A stretch of 64,000 bases of DNA, taken from NCBI GenBank assembly GCA_023393915.1, contig JAEXBS010000096.1:126443-190442 (forward strand), in the 5' to 3' direction. Both the position numbers and the translations under genes were made by a program. The stretch is from Bacteroidota bacterium. Lineage in GTDB: Bacteria > Bacteroidota > Bacteroidia > Flavobacteriales > Weeksellaceae. The notes under the pieces are model-generated. The model was given only the letters and a program-made list of their open reading frames with translations, did not search any database and had not been told where the DNA came from. Of the stretch, positions 20,097 through 30,139 are shown piece after piece. Each line of letters starts with the position of its first letter. The stretch's first letter is position 1.

Positions 20097-20681
20097 TTAT
20101 TTTTTATTTATAACCTCTTCTACAAACACTTTTCGGCTGACTGCTTCATAGTTTTCTGTTTCGCCTAACTCTACTAAGCTTTGGCTTTGCGTTGTACGCA
20201 ACGAATAATTTGCAAGGTTACCTGTTCGGCGGCATATAGCATGAACTTTGGTCACATATTCTGCTGTTGCCATGAGGTAGGGCATAGGACCAAAAGGGCG
20301 TCCAAGGAAATCCATGTCTAATCCGGCAATAACAATGCGGACTCCATTATTTGCTAAAGTATTAGCTACTTCAACAATACCCATATCAAAGAATTGTGCC
20401 TCGTCTATTCCAACCACATCACATCGCGATCCCAATAATAGAATTTCATTCGAACTTTCAACCGGTGTGCTTAAAATTTTATTATCATTATGGGATACTA
20501 CTTGTTGATCATCGTATCGAGTATCAATTTTAGGTTTAAAAATTTCTACATTTTGCCCTGCCATTTCTGCTCGTCGTAAACGACGAATTAATTCTTCGGT
20601 TTTTCCCGAGAACATAGAGCCACAAATCACTTCCATCCAACCGCTCTGCTTGGCATGATTAATTGTATTTTCTAAAAACAT
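20097..20681 (-). CDS. tdk: Thymidine kinase
   Basis: GSMFSGKTEEL, IDEAQFF, AGLDMDF. Confidence 0.96.
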   Translation of the reverse strand: MFLENTINHAKQSGWMEVICGSMFSGKTEELIRRLRRAEMAGQNVEIFKPKIDTRYDDQQVVSHNDNKILSTPVESSNEILLLGSRCDVVGIDEAQFFDMGIVEVANTLANNGVRIVIAGLDMDFLGRPFGPMPYLMATAEYVTKVHAICRRTGNLANYSLRTTQSQSLVELGETENYEAVSRKVFVEEVINKK

Positions 20682-20741
20682 TTGTTAAATTAGCCGTAGT
20701 TTTGAACAGTCAAAAATACTAAAAATTAATAAGCGTAGGCT

Positions 20742-21698
20742 ATGGGGGATATAGAGGATATCCGATTAAATTACTTTCAGCAGTGTCTTGATATTATCGC
20801 TGATTTGAAAGAGGTTACAACACAGGAGGAATTGGTTGATAGTCAATATAAGCTTGAACAACTCTTGGAGTTGTCATCGGTTTTAAAACATATTCCTTTG
20901 CTAGCCTCTTATAATAATGATAGTGTTGTGGAGGCTGATTTAGAGGTAGTTAGTGAGGAAGAGTTGACCAATGAAAAAGACGTTGAATCATATGAAAGTT
21001 TTGCCTCGCCCATTAATTTTGAACTGGCAGGTAGAGCAGAAGAAAGTCTGCAGGTAGAGGAAGATGAGGAGCAGAATTTGTCTAGTGAGAAATTTGAAGA
21101 ATCTGAAGAATCTCCTATCGAAGAAGATCAAATTGAGTTGCAGAAAAATGAGGATACGAATGAGCAAACTCCGGACAATATTGAACATTATGAGGAGAGC
21201 ATAGAAATTGATACTGAAGCAGAAGAGTCTTTGGAAGAGGTCATTGAAATGCACGCTAAATCTCAGGAAATAATTCCAGAACTTTTTGAACCCGTAGATT
21301 ACAATGCACCCCATCGTCAAGAAAAGAAATTCAAGCTGGCAAGCATTAAGGGACTAGGCTCCTCGGTACATTCATTGTTTGAAGATTCGCAAAATGAAGA
21401 AGTCCAAGAGCAGCGCGAACCCATTTCAGCAGTTTTGCCTGAAAATCAAACTCTTAGTCACTCGGGTTCAACCCGAATGGGTTTTAAGTTAGATCTGAAT
21501 GATCGAATTGCCTTTACCAAAACTCTTTTTAATGGCAGCCAGTCTGAGCTGAACCATACTGTGAATTCATTAAATGAATTTAAAACTTTAGAGGAAGCAA
21601 AATCCTATTTAAGTGAAGTCTATTACCAACGAAATTGGAAAAAGGTAGATGAATATGCACAAAGATTGTGGAATCTAGTAGAGAGTAAATTTCAGTAA
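20742..21698 (+). CDS. Hypothetical protein with Glu-rich linker and folded C-terminal domain
   Basis: Long ORF divergent from tdk; very acidic middle; C-terminal LNDRIAFTKTLFNGSQSELN...LVESKF. Confidence 0.75.
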   Translation: MGDIEDIRLNYFQQCLDIIADLKEVTTQEELVDSQYKLEQLLELSSVLKHIPLLASYNNDSVVEADLEVVSEEELTNEKDVESYESFASPINFELAGRAEESLQVEEDEEQNLSSEKFEESEESPIEEDQIELQKNEDTNEQTPDNIEHYEESIEIDTEAEESLEEVIEMHAKSQEIIPELFEPVDYNAPHRQEKKFKLASIKGLGSSVHSLFEDSQNEEVQEQREPISAVLPENQTLSHSGSTRMGFKLDLNDRIAFTKTLFNGSQSELNHTVNSLNEFKTLEEAKSYLSEVYYQRNWKKVDEYAQRLWNLVESKFQ

Positions 21699-21747
21699 CT
21701 GAGTTGAATTAAGGTCAACCTAATTAATAGTTTTCACCTTCTTTTTT

Positions 21748-23124
21748 ATGAGTATAAAATTAACCGACTTTAATCATATATTTTTTATTGGTATTGCAGG
21801 TGCGGGAATGAGTGCATTAGCACAATACCTTAAGGGAATTGGCAAGGTAATATCTGGTAGTGACCGGTATTTCTTACCTACTGAACCCAATGAGATTCGA
21901 TCAAAGCTTGAGGCGGAAGGAATTCAATGTTTTTCTCAAGACGGAAGTGGTATAACAAAAGAAACCCAGTTAGTGATTGTATCTACTGCAATTGAAGATA
22001 CAGTAGATGAAGTTGTAAAAGCTAAAGAATTAGGGATACCCCTAATGAAACGCAGTGAACTTCTTGCTTTGATTTGTGAAAGCAAAAAAACCATTGCCGT
22101 TGCCGGGACGTCTGGAAAAAGTAGCACTGCAGGTATGTTGTATCATGTTTTAGAATCTGCGGGACTAGATCCTAGTATAATTACGGGCGCTGGCCTAACT
22201 TCATTGATAAAAGAAGGTAAAATTGGAAATGCAAAAGTAGGTAAAGGAGATTGGTTGATTATAGAAGCAGATGAAAGCGATGGATCAATAGTTCAGTACC
22301 GTCCAGAAATTGGATTACTTTTAAACATAGACAAAGATCACCAACCTTTAGAAGAGTTATTTCCTTTGTTCAATACCTTTAAGTCGAATACTAAAGGTTT
22401 ATTTATAACCAATCTTTCTAATGACAATTCTAAGTTATTGAGTAGTGGAGAACATAGGGACTTTGGGTTTGAAACTCCAGAAGCCTATTTTAACGCAACA
22501 GATCTTAAGCAGGAGCAGTTTAAAATTGAATTTCAATTAAGAGGAGTAAATTTTACAATGAATGCTTTAGGGCAGCATAGTGTAGAAAATGCCACGGCTG
22601 CTATTGCCGTAGCTCAAAGCATTGGAGTAGATCTTAATATTTGCGCACGAAGCATTGCTCAATACGAGGGTATTTACAGGAGACATCAGATATTAGGGGA
22701 AAAAAATGGAGTTTGGGTGATCGATGATTATGCACATAACCCAGCTAAATGTGCTGCTTCAATTGCGGCGTGTCAACCTGTGGCAAAAAAAGTAATTGCA
22801 TGGTTTCAGCCCCATGGATACGGACCTACACGATTTCTACGTGATGAATTTGTTAAGCAGATTTCAAATATCCTTCGAGGGGATGATGAAATATGGATGA
22901 GTGAAATTTATTATGCAGGAGGAAGTGCAAAAAAGGATATTTCTGCTAAGGATTTGATATTAGATATTCAAGCAGAGGGTAAAAATGCCTATTTCATTGA
23001 AAATCGAGAAGAGCTTCTTTCCTCCATGCGCAGCCACATAACAGAAGATTCTGTTATTCTACTGATGGGAGCTAGAGATCCAGGATTAGAAAGTTTTGCT
23101 CGAGAATTCTATCAAAACTTGTAG
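21748..23124 (+). CDS. MurC/Mpl-family UDP-MurNAc peptide ligase
   Basis: GIAGAGMSALA, GTSGKSST, EADESDGS, DDYAHNP, FQPH. Confidence 0.88.
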   Translation: MSIKLTDFNHIFFIGIAGAGMSALAQYLKGIGKVISGSDRYFLPTEPNEIRSKLEAEGIQCFSQDGSGITKETQLVIVSTAIEDTVDEVVKAKELGIPLMKRSELLALICESKKTIAVAGTSGKSSTAGMLYHVLESAGLDPSIITGAGLTSLIKEGKIGNAKVGKGDWLIIEADESDGSIVQYRPEIGLLLNIDKDHQPLEELFPLFNTFKSNTKGLFITNLSNDNSKLLSSGEHRDFGFETPEAYFNATDLKQEQFKIEFQLRGVNFTMNALGQHSVENATAAIAVAQSIGVDLNICARSIAQYEGIYRRHQILGEKNGVWVIDDYAHNPAKCAASIAACQPVAKKVIAWFQPHGYGPTRFLRDEFVKQISNILRGDDEIWMSEIYYAGGSAKKDISAKDLILDIQAEGKNAYFIENREELLSSMRSHITEDSVILLMGARDPGLESFAREFYQNL

Positions 23125-23125
23125 T

Positions 23126-23821
23126 ATGAGTGGTTTTTTATATTTTGTTCCCACCCCGATAGGAAATTTAGATGACATCACTCTAAGGGCCTTAAAAGTA
23201 CTTGAGGAAGTAGATTACATCTTGTGTGAGGATACTAGAACTTCAGGTATTCTATTAAAGCATTACAATATTTCTAAGCCGACACGCTCTTACCATCTTC
23301 ATAATGAACATGGAACTACCGCACGAATTGTTGAAGACCTTAAAAATGGATCAAAAGTTGCGATTATTACAGATGCAGGAACTCCAGGAATATCAGACCC
23401 GGGTTATCTTTTAGCTAGGGCTTGCGCTGAGGAAAATATTGAAATGTCTTGTTTACCTGGAGCTACGGCATTAGTGCCGGCATTGGTGGTTTCAGGTCTT
23501 CCAAATAACGAATTCTTTTTCGCTGGATTTCTTCCACCTAAAAAAGGCAGACAAACTCGATTAATGCAGCTGGCACAAATGGGAACTACAATTGTGCTTT
23601 ATGAAAGCCCACATAAAATAAAAACTACGTTAAAGCAAATTCAAGAGTTTTTTGGAGCAGAGACTCAGGTCAGCCTCAGTCGAGAAATATCGAAAAAATT
23701 TGAGCAAACGATAAGAGGCAACATTGGAGAAGTTATAGCCTTTTCTGAAACAAAGGAGCTCAAAGGAGAAATTGTTTTGATAATTAATAACAAAATAGCT
23801 AAAACCGGAAATGAGGGTTAG
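23126..23821 (+). CDS. rsmI: 16S rRNA C1402 2'-O-methyltransferase
   Basis: PTPIGNLDDITLRA, CEDTR, DAGTPGISDPG, YESPH; start moved to ATG 23126. Confidence 0.95.
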   Translation: MSGFLYFVPTPIGNLDDITLRALKVLEEVDYILCEDTRTSGILLKHYNISKPTRSYHLHNEHGTTARIVEDLKNGSKVAIITDAGTPGISDPGYLLARACAEENIEMSCLPGATALVPALVVSGLPNNEFFFAGFLPPKKGRQTRLMQLAQMGTTIVLYESPHKIKTTLKQIQEFFGAETQVSLSREISKKFEQTIRGNIGEVIAFSETKELKGEIVLIINNKIAKTGNEG

Positions 23822-23847
23822 AACTCATATCCAATAAATATTGAACT

Positions 23848-24591
23848 ATGAAATTACTAGAAGGCAAAGTAGCCCTAATTACAGGAGGAACCAGAGGAAT
23901 TGGAAAAGGAATTGTTGAGGTCTTTGCAGAGCATGGAGCAGAGATCGCTTTTACTTATGCCGGTTCGGTTGATAAAGCGAAACAACTCGAGGATGCATTG
24001 AGCGGCAAAGTAAAGATAAAATCTTATCAATCCGATGCTTCTGATTTTGATGCGGCCCAGTCCCTTGTCGATCAGGTAATCGCTGATTTTGGTAAAATTG
24101 ACATATTAATTAATAATGCGGGTATCACTAGAGACAATTTGATGCTTAGAATGAGTAAAGAGGATTGGGATACTATTATTAAGGTCAATTTAGATTCTGT
24201 ATTCAATTTAACCAAGGCGGTTATTAAACCGATGATGAAGGCCAAAAGTGGCTCCATTATTAACATGACTTCTGTTGTGGGAGTTAAAGGAAATGCGGGC
24301 CAAGCTAACTATGCAGCCTCTAAAGCAGGAGTAATAGGATTTAGTAAATCGATTGCTCTAGAGCTTGGAAGTCGAAATATTCGTTGTAATGCCATTGCGC
24401 CAGGTTTTATTGAAACCGAAATGACCGCTGCCTTAGATGAAAAGACGGTTGCAGGTTGGAGAGAAGCGATCCCTTTGAAGAGAGGAGGGCAGCCCGAGGA
24501 TGTTGCTAATGCCTGTGTGTATTTGTCTAGTGATCTCTCTACTTATGTGACAGGACAAGTATTAAATGTTGACGGAGGGATGTTAACTTAA
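23848..24591 (+). CDS. fabG: 3-oxoacyl-ACP reductase
   Basis: TGGTRGIG, NNAGITRD, GQANYAASKAG, APGFIETEMT. Confidence 0.95.
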   Translation: MKLLEGKVALITGGTRGIGKGIVEVFAEHGAEIAFTYAGSVDKAKQLEDALSGKVKIKSYQSDASDFDAAQSLVDQVIADFGKIDILINNAGITRDNLMLRMSKEDWDTIIKVNLDSVFNLTKAVIKPMMKAKSGSIINMTSVVGVKGNAGQANYAASKAGVIGFSKSIALELGSRNIRCNAIAPGFIETEMTAALDEKTVAGWREAIPLKRGGQPEDVANACVYLSSDLSTYVTGQVLNVDGGMLT

Positions 24592-24595
24592 GTCT

Positions 24596-25183
24596 ATGGC
24601 ACTGTTAATAAATGGAGTGGTCTACCATAGACCACTGTTGGTTTTTGCTTTAAAAGAGGAAGCTCAAGATCAGTTTGAAGATTTTGAGCTTCTATTTACG
24701 GGTGTTGGTAAAATTAACGCGTCTTACCACCTAAGTAAAAGACTTGCTCTAGATCGCCCAGACCTCGTTCTTAATCTGGGGACTGCGGGAAGCTCCAAAT
24801 TCGAAACAGGAGCTGTCGTAAATGCAACGGCCTTTGTCCAACGTGACATGGACGTTACAGGGTTAGGGGTACCTCCCTATGTGACTCCATTTGAATCAGA
24901 AGGTGAACTATTGACTTATGGTCTTAGTATTAGTGAGTTAGAGAGTTGTGTTTGTGGTTCTGGTGATAATTTTGAAACCGCTCATACTTCACAGTTATTT
25001 GACACTGTGGATATGGAAGCTTATGCCCTTGCTCTAATTAGTCGAAAGGAGAAAATTCCTTTTTTGTGTCTAAAATTTATATCTGACGGAGCAAACGATA
25101 AGGCAGCAACGGATTGGAAAGAGGCACTACGCTTAGCTGCAAAATCACTTAGTAACATTTTGAATCAATGGAAATTAACCTAA
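24596..25183 (+). CDS. Nucleosidase, MTA/SAH nucleosidase / PNP superfamily
   Basis: TGVGKINA, NLGTAG, SGDNF, DMEAYA, KFISDGA. Confidence 0.85.
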   Translation: MALLINGVVYHRPLLVFALKEEAQDQFEDFELLFTGVGKINASYHLSKRLALDRPDLVLNLGTAGSSKFETGAVVNATAFVQRDMDVTGLGVPPYVTPFESEGELLTYGLSISELESCVCGSGDNFETAHTSQLFDTVDMEAYALALISRKEKIPFLCLKFISDGANDKAATDWKEALRLAAKSLSNILNQWKLT

Positions 25184-25217
25184 AACAACTCTGTTAATCC
25201 TAGGGTGAAAACTAAGG

Positions 25218-26267
25218 TTACTGGTTGTTAAATACTTGATTTTCCTGTTCTTGTACGCGAATAAAGGTGGTTCTTTTTGAAAGTTCTTTTAAGGAGGCGG
25301 CACCGACATATGTACACGTTGATCGTACTCCTCCTAAAATATCTAGAACTGTAGTGTCTACTTTACCTTTGTAAGGCACTTTCACAGTTTTGCCCTCCGA
25401 GGCTCGGTATTCGGCTACACCTCCCGAATGTCGGTCCATAGCGGTCTTGGAGCTCATACCATAAAACTGTCTGTATTTTTTACCGTTTTCTTCAATAAGA
25501 AGTCCACCACTTTCTTCATGACCAGCTAACATTCCTCCAAGCATAACAAAGTCAGCACCTCCTCCAAACGCTTTGGCTACGTCGCCTGGAACCTTGCATC
25601 CACCATCTCCGATGATATGGCCTTTAAGTCCATGCGCTGCATCTGCACATTCAATGATTGCTGAAAGCTGTGGATATCCAACACCCGTCTTTATTCTCGT
25701 AGTACAAACCGAGCCGGGTCCTATCCCTACTTTGATCATGTCAGCCCCTGCTAGAAGGAGTTCTTCAACCATTTCCCCTGTAACCACGTTTCCCGCCATA
25801 ATGATCTTATCGGGGTATTTATTTCTGATGGTTCTTACAAATTCGACAAAGTGCTCACTGTAGCCATTTGCAACATCAATGCATAGAAAATCCAGTTGTG
25901 GGTGTTGATCTAATAATATTTCAATTTTTTGTTCATCTGCCTCGCCGGTTCCTGTACTAAGGGCAAGGTTTTGATAAATGCTACTAGGTTTATCTTTAAG
26001 GAATTCGTACCAATCTTCCACGGAATAGTGCTTGTGAACAGCAGTAAGCATTTGATGTTGGGACAAGGCCTGGGCCATTTCAAAGGTCCCGACCGTATCC
26101 ATATTTGCTGCAATTACAGGTACACCCTGCCATTTTTTACCAGTATGTAAAAAGGTATATTCCCTACGCAAATCGACTTGTGATCGAGATTTAAGAGTGG
26201 ATCTTTTTGGGCGAAACATAACATCTTTAAACCCTAATTTTAGTTCTGATTCGATACGCATAGACAA
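25218..26267 (-). CDS. guaC: GMP reductase
   Basis: [43 protein letters not shown]. Confidence 0.95.
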   Translation of the reverse strand: MSMRIESELKLGFKDVMFRPKRSTLKSRSQVDLRREYTFLHTGKKWQGVPVIAANMDTVGTFEMAQALSQHQMLTAVHKHYSVEDWYEFLKDKPSSIYQNLALSTGTGEADEQKIEILLDQHPQLDFLCIDVANGYSEHFVEFVRTIRNKYPDKIIMAGNVVTGEMVEELLLAGADMIKVGIGPGSVCTTRIKTGVGYPQLSAIIECADAAHGLKGHIIGDGGCKVPGDVAKAFGGGADFVMLGGMLAGHEESGGLLIEENGKKYRQFYGMSSKTAMDRHSGGVAEYRASEGKTVKVPYKGKVDTTVLDILGGVRSTCTYVGAASLKELSKRTTFIRVQEQENQVFNNQ

Positions 26268-26300
26268 AAATTTATAGAATAACTTAATAGAGCATTAGCT

Positions 26301-27086
26301 TTATTGGTCTGTATTTAGGACATTTCCAAAAAAGTCAATCATTTCATGGGCGGTTAAATCAAATTTCACTGGCACCACGGAAATGTATCCCTGAGCTAAG
26401 GCCGTTTCATCCGCATCTTCCCCTTCATCCATATTGTTGAAATAACCGGTTAACCAATAATATTTTTTTCCGTGTGGGCTGACCCTTTCATCAAAGCTCT
26501 CTTCCCATTTTGCCTTGGCTTGTCGACAAACTTTGATTCCTTTTAGTTCATCTTTCTTAAGCTTTGGAATATTTACATTGAGTACTACTCCTTTTGGCAT
26601 TGGGTTATCAATTGATTTACGAACAATTTCTTGTATATGTTCTTTTGCCTGGTCAAAATCGGCTTCCCAACTAAAATCAAGCAAAGAAAAACCAATAGCA
26701 GGCAATCCTTCTACTCCCGCCTCCACTGCTGCAGACATCGTACCTGAATAAATTACATTGATAGAAGAATTGGCGCCATGATTAATACCTGAAACCACGA
26801 TGTCAGGTCGACAGGTCAATATTTTATCTAATGCAAATTTGATGCAATCCACCGGAGTCCCGCTTAAGGAGTAATCACTTTGTGGTCCTTCTAAATTAAT
26901 TTCTTCGAAAGTTAGTGTAGAATTAATGGTAATAGCATGTCCTTTTCCGCTTTGAGGTGAATTGGGTGCAACCACTACAACATCTCCAATTTCGTTCATA
27001 AATTCAACTAACTTGCGGATTCCTGGAGCGGTTATGCCATCATCGTTTGTAACTAATATTAGTGGTTTTTTTACTGAGTCCTTCAT
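26301..27086 (-). CDS. surE: 5'/3'-nucleotidase SurE
   Basis: ILVTNDDG, SGTPVDC, SGINHGAN, YSGTMSAA; start moved to ATG 27086. Confidence 0.95.
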   Translation of the reverse strand: MKDSVKKPLILVTNDDGITAPGIRKLVEFMNEIGDVVVVAPNSPQSGKGHAITINSTLTFEEINLEGPQSDYSLSGTPVDCIKFALDKILTCRPDIVVSGINHGANSSINVIYSGTMSAAVEAGVEGLPAIGFSLLDFSWEADFDQAKEHIQEIVRKSIDNPMPKGVVLNVNIPKLKKDELKGIKVCRQAKAKWEESFDERVSPHGKKYYWLTGYFNNMDEGEDADETALAQGYISVVPVKFDLTAHEMIDFFGNVLNTDQ

Positions 27087-27208
27087 TTTAACAAAATTAA
27101 TGAAATTTTGAGTGCCAAATTCTAAAATAGGTATTAAATTTGATTCTTCAATGTTCACGCTAGGTTAATCTCTAACAGAACACAACTATAGAAACTCGAA
27201 CTTTTACT

Positions 27209-29341
27209 ATGTTTAAAAGATTTAAAATCAACAAATTATTATTTTTCATTCCCCTCACTACTTTGGTGTTTTGCTTTAATTCTCCAAAAAACGACGATGA
27301 AAAAATGCAGACCATTATGGTGAGTGTAAAAAATACTCTTAGTTACCTTCATTATAGTCCGAAACCAATCAACGATGCGTATTCAAAGAATGTGTATGAC
27401 ACCTATTTAAAAATGATTGACCCGGCAAAAAGATATTTTTTACAATCGGATATTGATGAGTTTTCTGCACATCAAATGAAACTAGATAACTATTTGAATC
27501 AAGGAGATTTAACTTTCTACAACTTGACTTATAACCGATTGTTTCAACGCATAGATCAAATCGATAAAGCAACACAAGAGGTTTTTAAAAACCCGATTGA
27601 TTTAACTCAAGACGAGCATTTGGTTTTGGATCCGGAAAAAAAGAATTTTTCTAAGTCTGAATCAGAGTTGTATTCAGAATGGAAAAAATATATTAAATAC
27701 AATATTCTGCAAGAGATTGAGACCTTAAATGCAAAAGAGGAGTCTCAAAGAAAAAAGAAAGATTCAGTTATTAAGCATAACTTAAAAGATACCATTAAAC
27801 TAGAAATTCTTTCGCCAGAGCAAAAACAACTCAAGGCAACCGAAGAAGTGAAGGATTTGGTAGCCGAGTCTTTTAAGCGATTCAAAAAGCGTAAGAAAAT
27901 GGATTGGTTTACGGTCTATATGAACGCTTATACTCAAGTTTTTGACCCCCATACTAATTATTACTCACCAAAGGAAAAGGATGATTTTGATTTAGTTTTC
28001 AAAGGAAAAGTGATCGGTATCGGTGCTATTATTCAAGAAAAGAAGGGCTATCTCTATTTAGGCCAATTGACCATTGGAGCTCCTGCGTGGAAATCTAAGC
28101 AATTGGATGAAGGAGATAAAATATTAAAAGTTAGATCTAAACCTGGAGAGGAGCCTGTTAATGTGGTAGGAATGCTAGCCGATGAAGCGGTTCGATTGAT
28201 TCGTGGAGAGAAAGGCAGCAAGGTAACTCTTACGGTTGAGAAAAAGGATAAAACTATTAGAGACGTGACGATGGTCCGTGAAGAGGTTGCGATTGAAGAT
28301 ACCTTTGCTCGAAGTATTGTTGTGGACAGTCCAAACGGTCAAAAATACGGGTACATAAATCTGCCTAGTTTTAATGCTGATTTCGAAGATGAAAAAGGTA
28401 GAAATGCTTCGGATGATGTGAAGAACGAAATTATTAAACTCAAAAAGCAAGGTATTTCCGGTATTATTTTAGATCTGAGAAACAACGGAGGAGGTTCACT
28501 TACTGAGGTAGGAGATTTGATGAGTTTGTTCATGAATGAAGGAGCATATGTTCAAGTAAAGAATGGAGACGGAAAGATTCAGACACTAAGAAGTAAAACC
28601 AATAAGCCTTTATGGGACGGACCACTGGTTATTATGCAAAATGAACTCTCAGCTTCAGCTTCAGAGATTCTGTCAGGTATGATCCAGGATTACGGACGTG
28701 GTGTGGTAGTAGGCTCTCCACAGACTTTTGGAAAAGGAACCGTACAAACCTTTGTAGATTTAAATCGTTTCTTAAATACAAGCGATGATTTTGGATCACT
28801 GAAACTTACAATTCAAAAATTCTACCGTGTAACTGGTGAATCTACACAAAAGAAGGGAATCGAATCGGATATTAAAATGAATGATTTCTTTACCCACTCA
28901 GAAATTGGTGAGCGTTTCGAAGACTATGTTCTTGCGTGGGATAAAATCCCTTCTGTTGATGGGATCCAAAAAAGAAGAGCGTACGATATAGCAGCTTTAC
29001 AAGCTAGTAGCGCGCTAAGACTTTCCAATGATAAAGCTTATCAGCTTATCCAGGAATCTGCTCAGTGGAAAGAAACGCTAGATAAAGAAGAGACGATTAC
29101 CTTGCATATAGATAAGTTTTCTCAATTAATGAAAGATAGGAAAGAGCAAATTAAAAAGTTTGAGGCTTTAGAGAAAATGGAAAATGGTTTAAACTTTATC
29201 CGTTACTCTGAAGAATTAGAGCGAGAAAAAACAGACGAAGCCTTTAAAAAGAAATCGGAAAATTGGATCAAGAATCTGAAAAGAGATATTTATTTAAAAG
29301 AGGCCATTAATATCATCTCTGAACTTAAAACTAACGCTTAA
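27209..29341 (+). CDS. prc: Carboxy-terminal processing (tail-specific) protease, S41A
   Basis: FDPHTNYY, PDZ (GIGAII), DLRNNGGG, SASASEI, FGKGTVQ, KLTIQKFYR. Confidence 0.9.
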   Translation: MFKRFKINKLLFFIPLTTLVFCFNSPKNDDEKMQTIMVSVKNTLSYLHYSPKPINDAYSKNVYDTYLKMIDPAKRYFLQSDIDEFSAHQMKLDNYLNQGDLTFYNLTYNRLFQRIDQIDKATQEVFKNPIDLTQDEHLVLDPEKKNFSKSESELYSEWKKYIKYNILQEIETLNAKEESQRKKKDSVIKHNLKDTIKLEILSPEQKQLKATEEVKDLVAESFKRFKKRKKMDWFTVYMNAYTQVFDPHTNYYSPKEKDDFDLVFKGKVIGIGAIIQEKKGYLYLGQLTIGAPAWKSKQLDEGDKILKVRSKPGEEPVNVVGMLADEAVRLIRGEKGSKVTLTVEKKDKTIRDVTMVREEVAIEDTFARSIVVDSPNGQKYGYINLPSFNADFEDEKGRNASDDVKNEIIKLKKQGISGIILDLRNNGGGSLTEVGDLMSLFMNEGAYVQVKNGDGKIQTLRSKTNKPLWDGPLVIMQNELSASASEILSGMIQDYGRGVVVGSPQTFGKGTVQTFVDLNRFLNTSDDFGSLKLTIQKFYRVTGESTQKKGIESDIKMNDFFTHSEIGERFEDYVLAWDKIPSVDGIQKRRAYDIAALQASSALRLSNDKAYQLIQESAQWKETLDKEETITLHIDKFSQLMKDRKEQIKKFEALEKMENGLNFIRYSEELEREKTDEAFKKKSENWIKNLKRDIYLKEAINIISELKTNA

Positions 29342-29362
29342 AGTTCGTACTCTAATTGTATT

Positions 29363-30130
29363 ATGAGCTCAGATTCCACCAAAATTATATTAATAACTGG
29401 AGCAAGTTCTGGTATTGGAATGGCTACAGCCCAACTTTTAGCCAAAGCACCCTATTCTCTTATTCTTTGCGGACGAAGAAAGGAAAAGCTTCAGCAATTA
29501 AAAAGTGAATTAGAACGCCATGTTCCTGTTCATACTTTATGTTTTGATGTTAGTGATTATAAGGATGTAGAAAAAGCATTTCAAGAATTACCGGAAGATT
29601 TTAAGAATATAGATGTCCTCGTTAATAACGCAGGAAATGCCCATGGTCTCGATTCCCTCTTAGAAGGAAATGTTGAGGATTGGGATCAAATGATTGACGG
29701 AAACGTGAAAGGGCTACTTTACGTATCCCGGATGGTAATACCTGGAATGGCGCGAAGAAGCTGCGGTCATGTGATCAATATTAGCTCCGTCGCTGCATTG
29801 CAGACCTATGCTGGCGGTGTTGTTTATTGTGCAAGTAAAAAAGCAGTGGATGTAATTTCCGAAGGGATGAGACTAGAGTTAACCTCCTTAGGAATTAAGG
29901 TTTCTAATATTAGACCGGGTGCGGTAGAGACTGATTTTTCGATAGTAAGATTTAAAGGCGACGAATTTAGAGCCAGTCAAGTGTATCAGGGATTTACTCC
30001 TTTAAATGCCAATGATATCGCTGATGCCATTCGTTATTGCATTGAAGCTCCGGCGCACGTGAGTGTGTCAGAGATGACCCTGTATCCAACTGCACAAAGC
30101 GAAGCTAGGACTATACATAAAAAACTGTAA
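29363..30130 (+). CDS. SDR oxidoreductase (YdfG-like)
   Basis: TGASSGIG, NNAG, YCASK, PGAVETDFS. Confidence 0.9.
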   Translation: MSSDSTKIILITGASSGIGMATAQLLAKAPYSLILCGRRKEKLQQLKSELERHVPVHTLCFDVSDYKDVEKAFQELPEDFKNIDVLVNNAGNAHGLDSLLEGNVEDWDQMIDGNVKGLLYVSRMVIPGMARRSCGHVINISSVAALQTYAGGVVYCASKKAVDVISEGMRLELTSLGIKVSNIRPGAVETDFSIVRFKGDEFRASQVYQGFTPLNANDIADAIRYCIEAPAHVSVSEMTLYPTAQSEARTIHKKL

Positions 30131-30139
30131 TTTTGTTGC

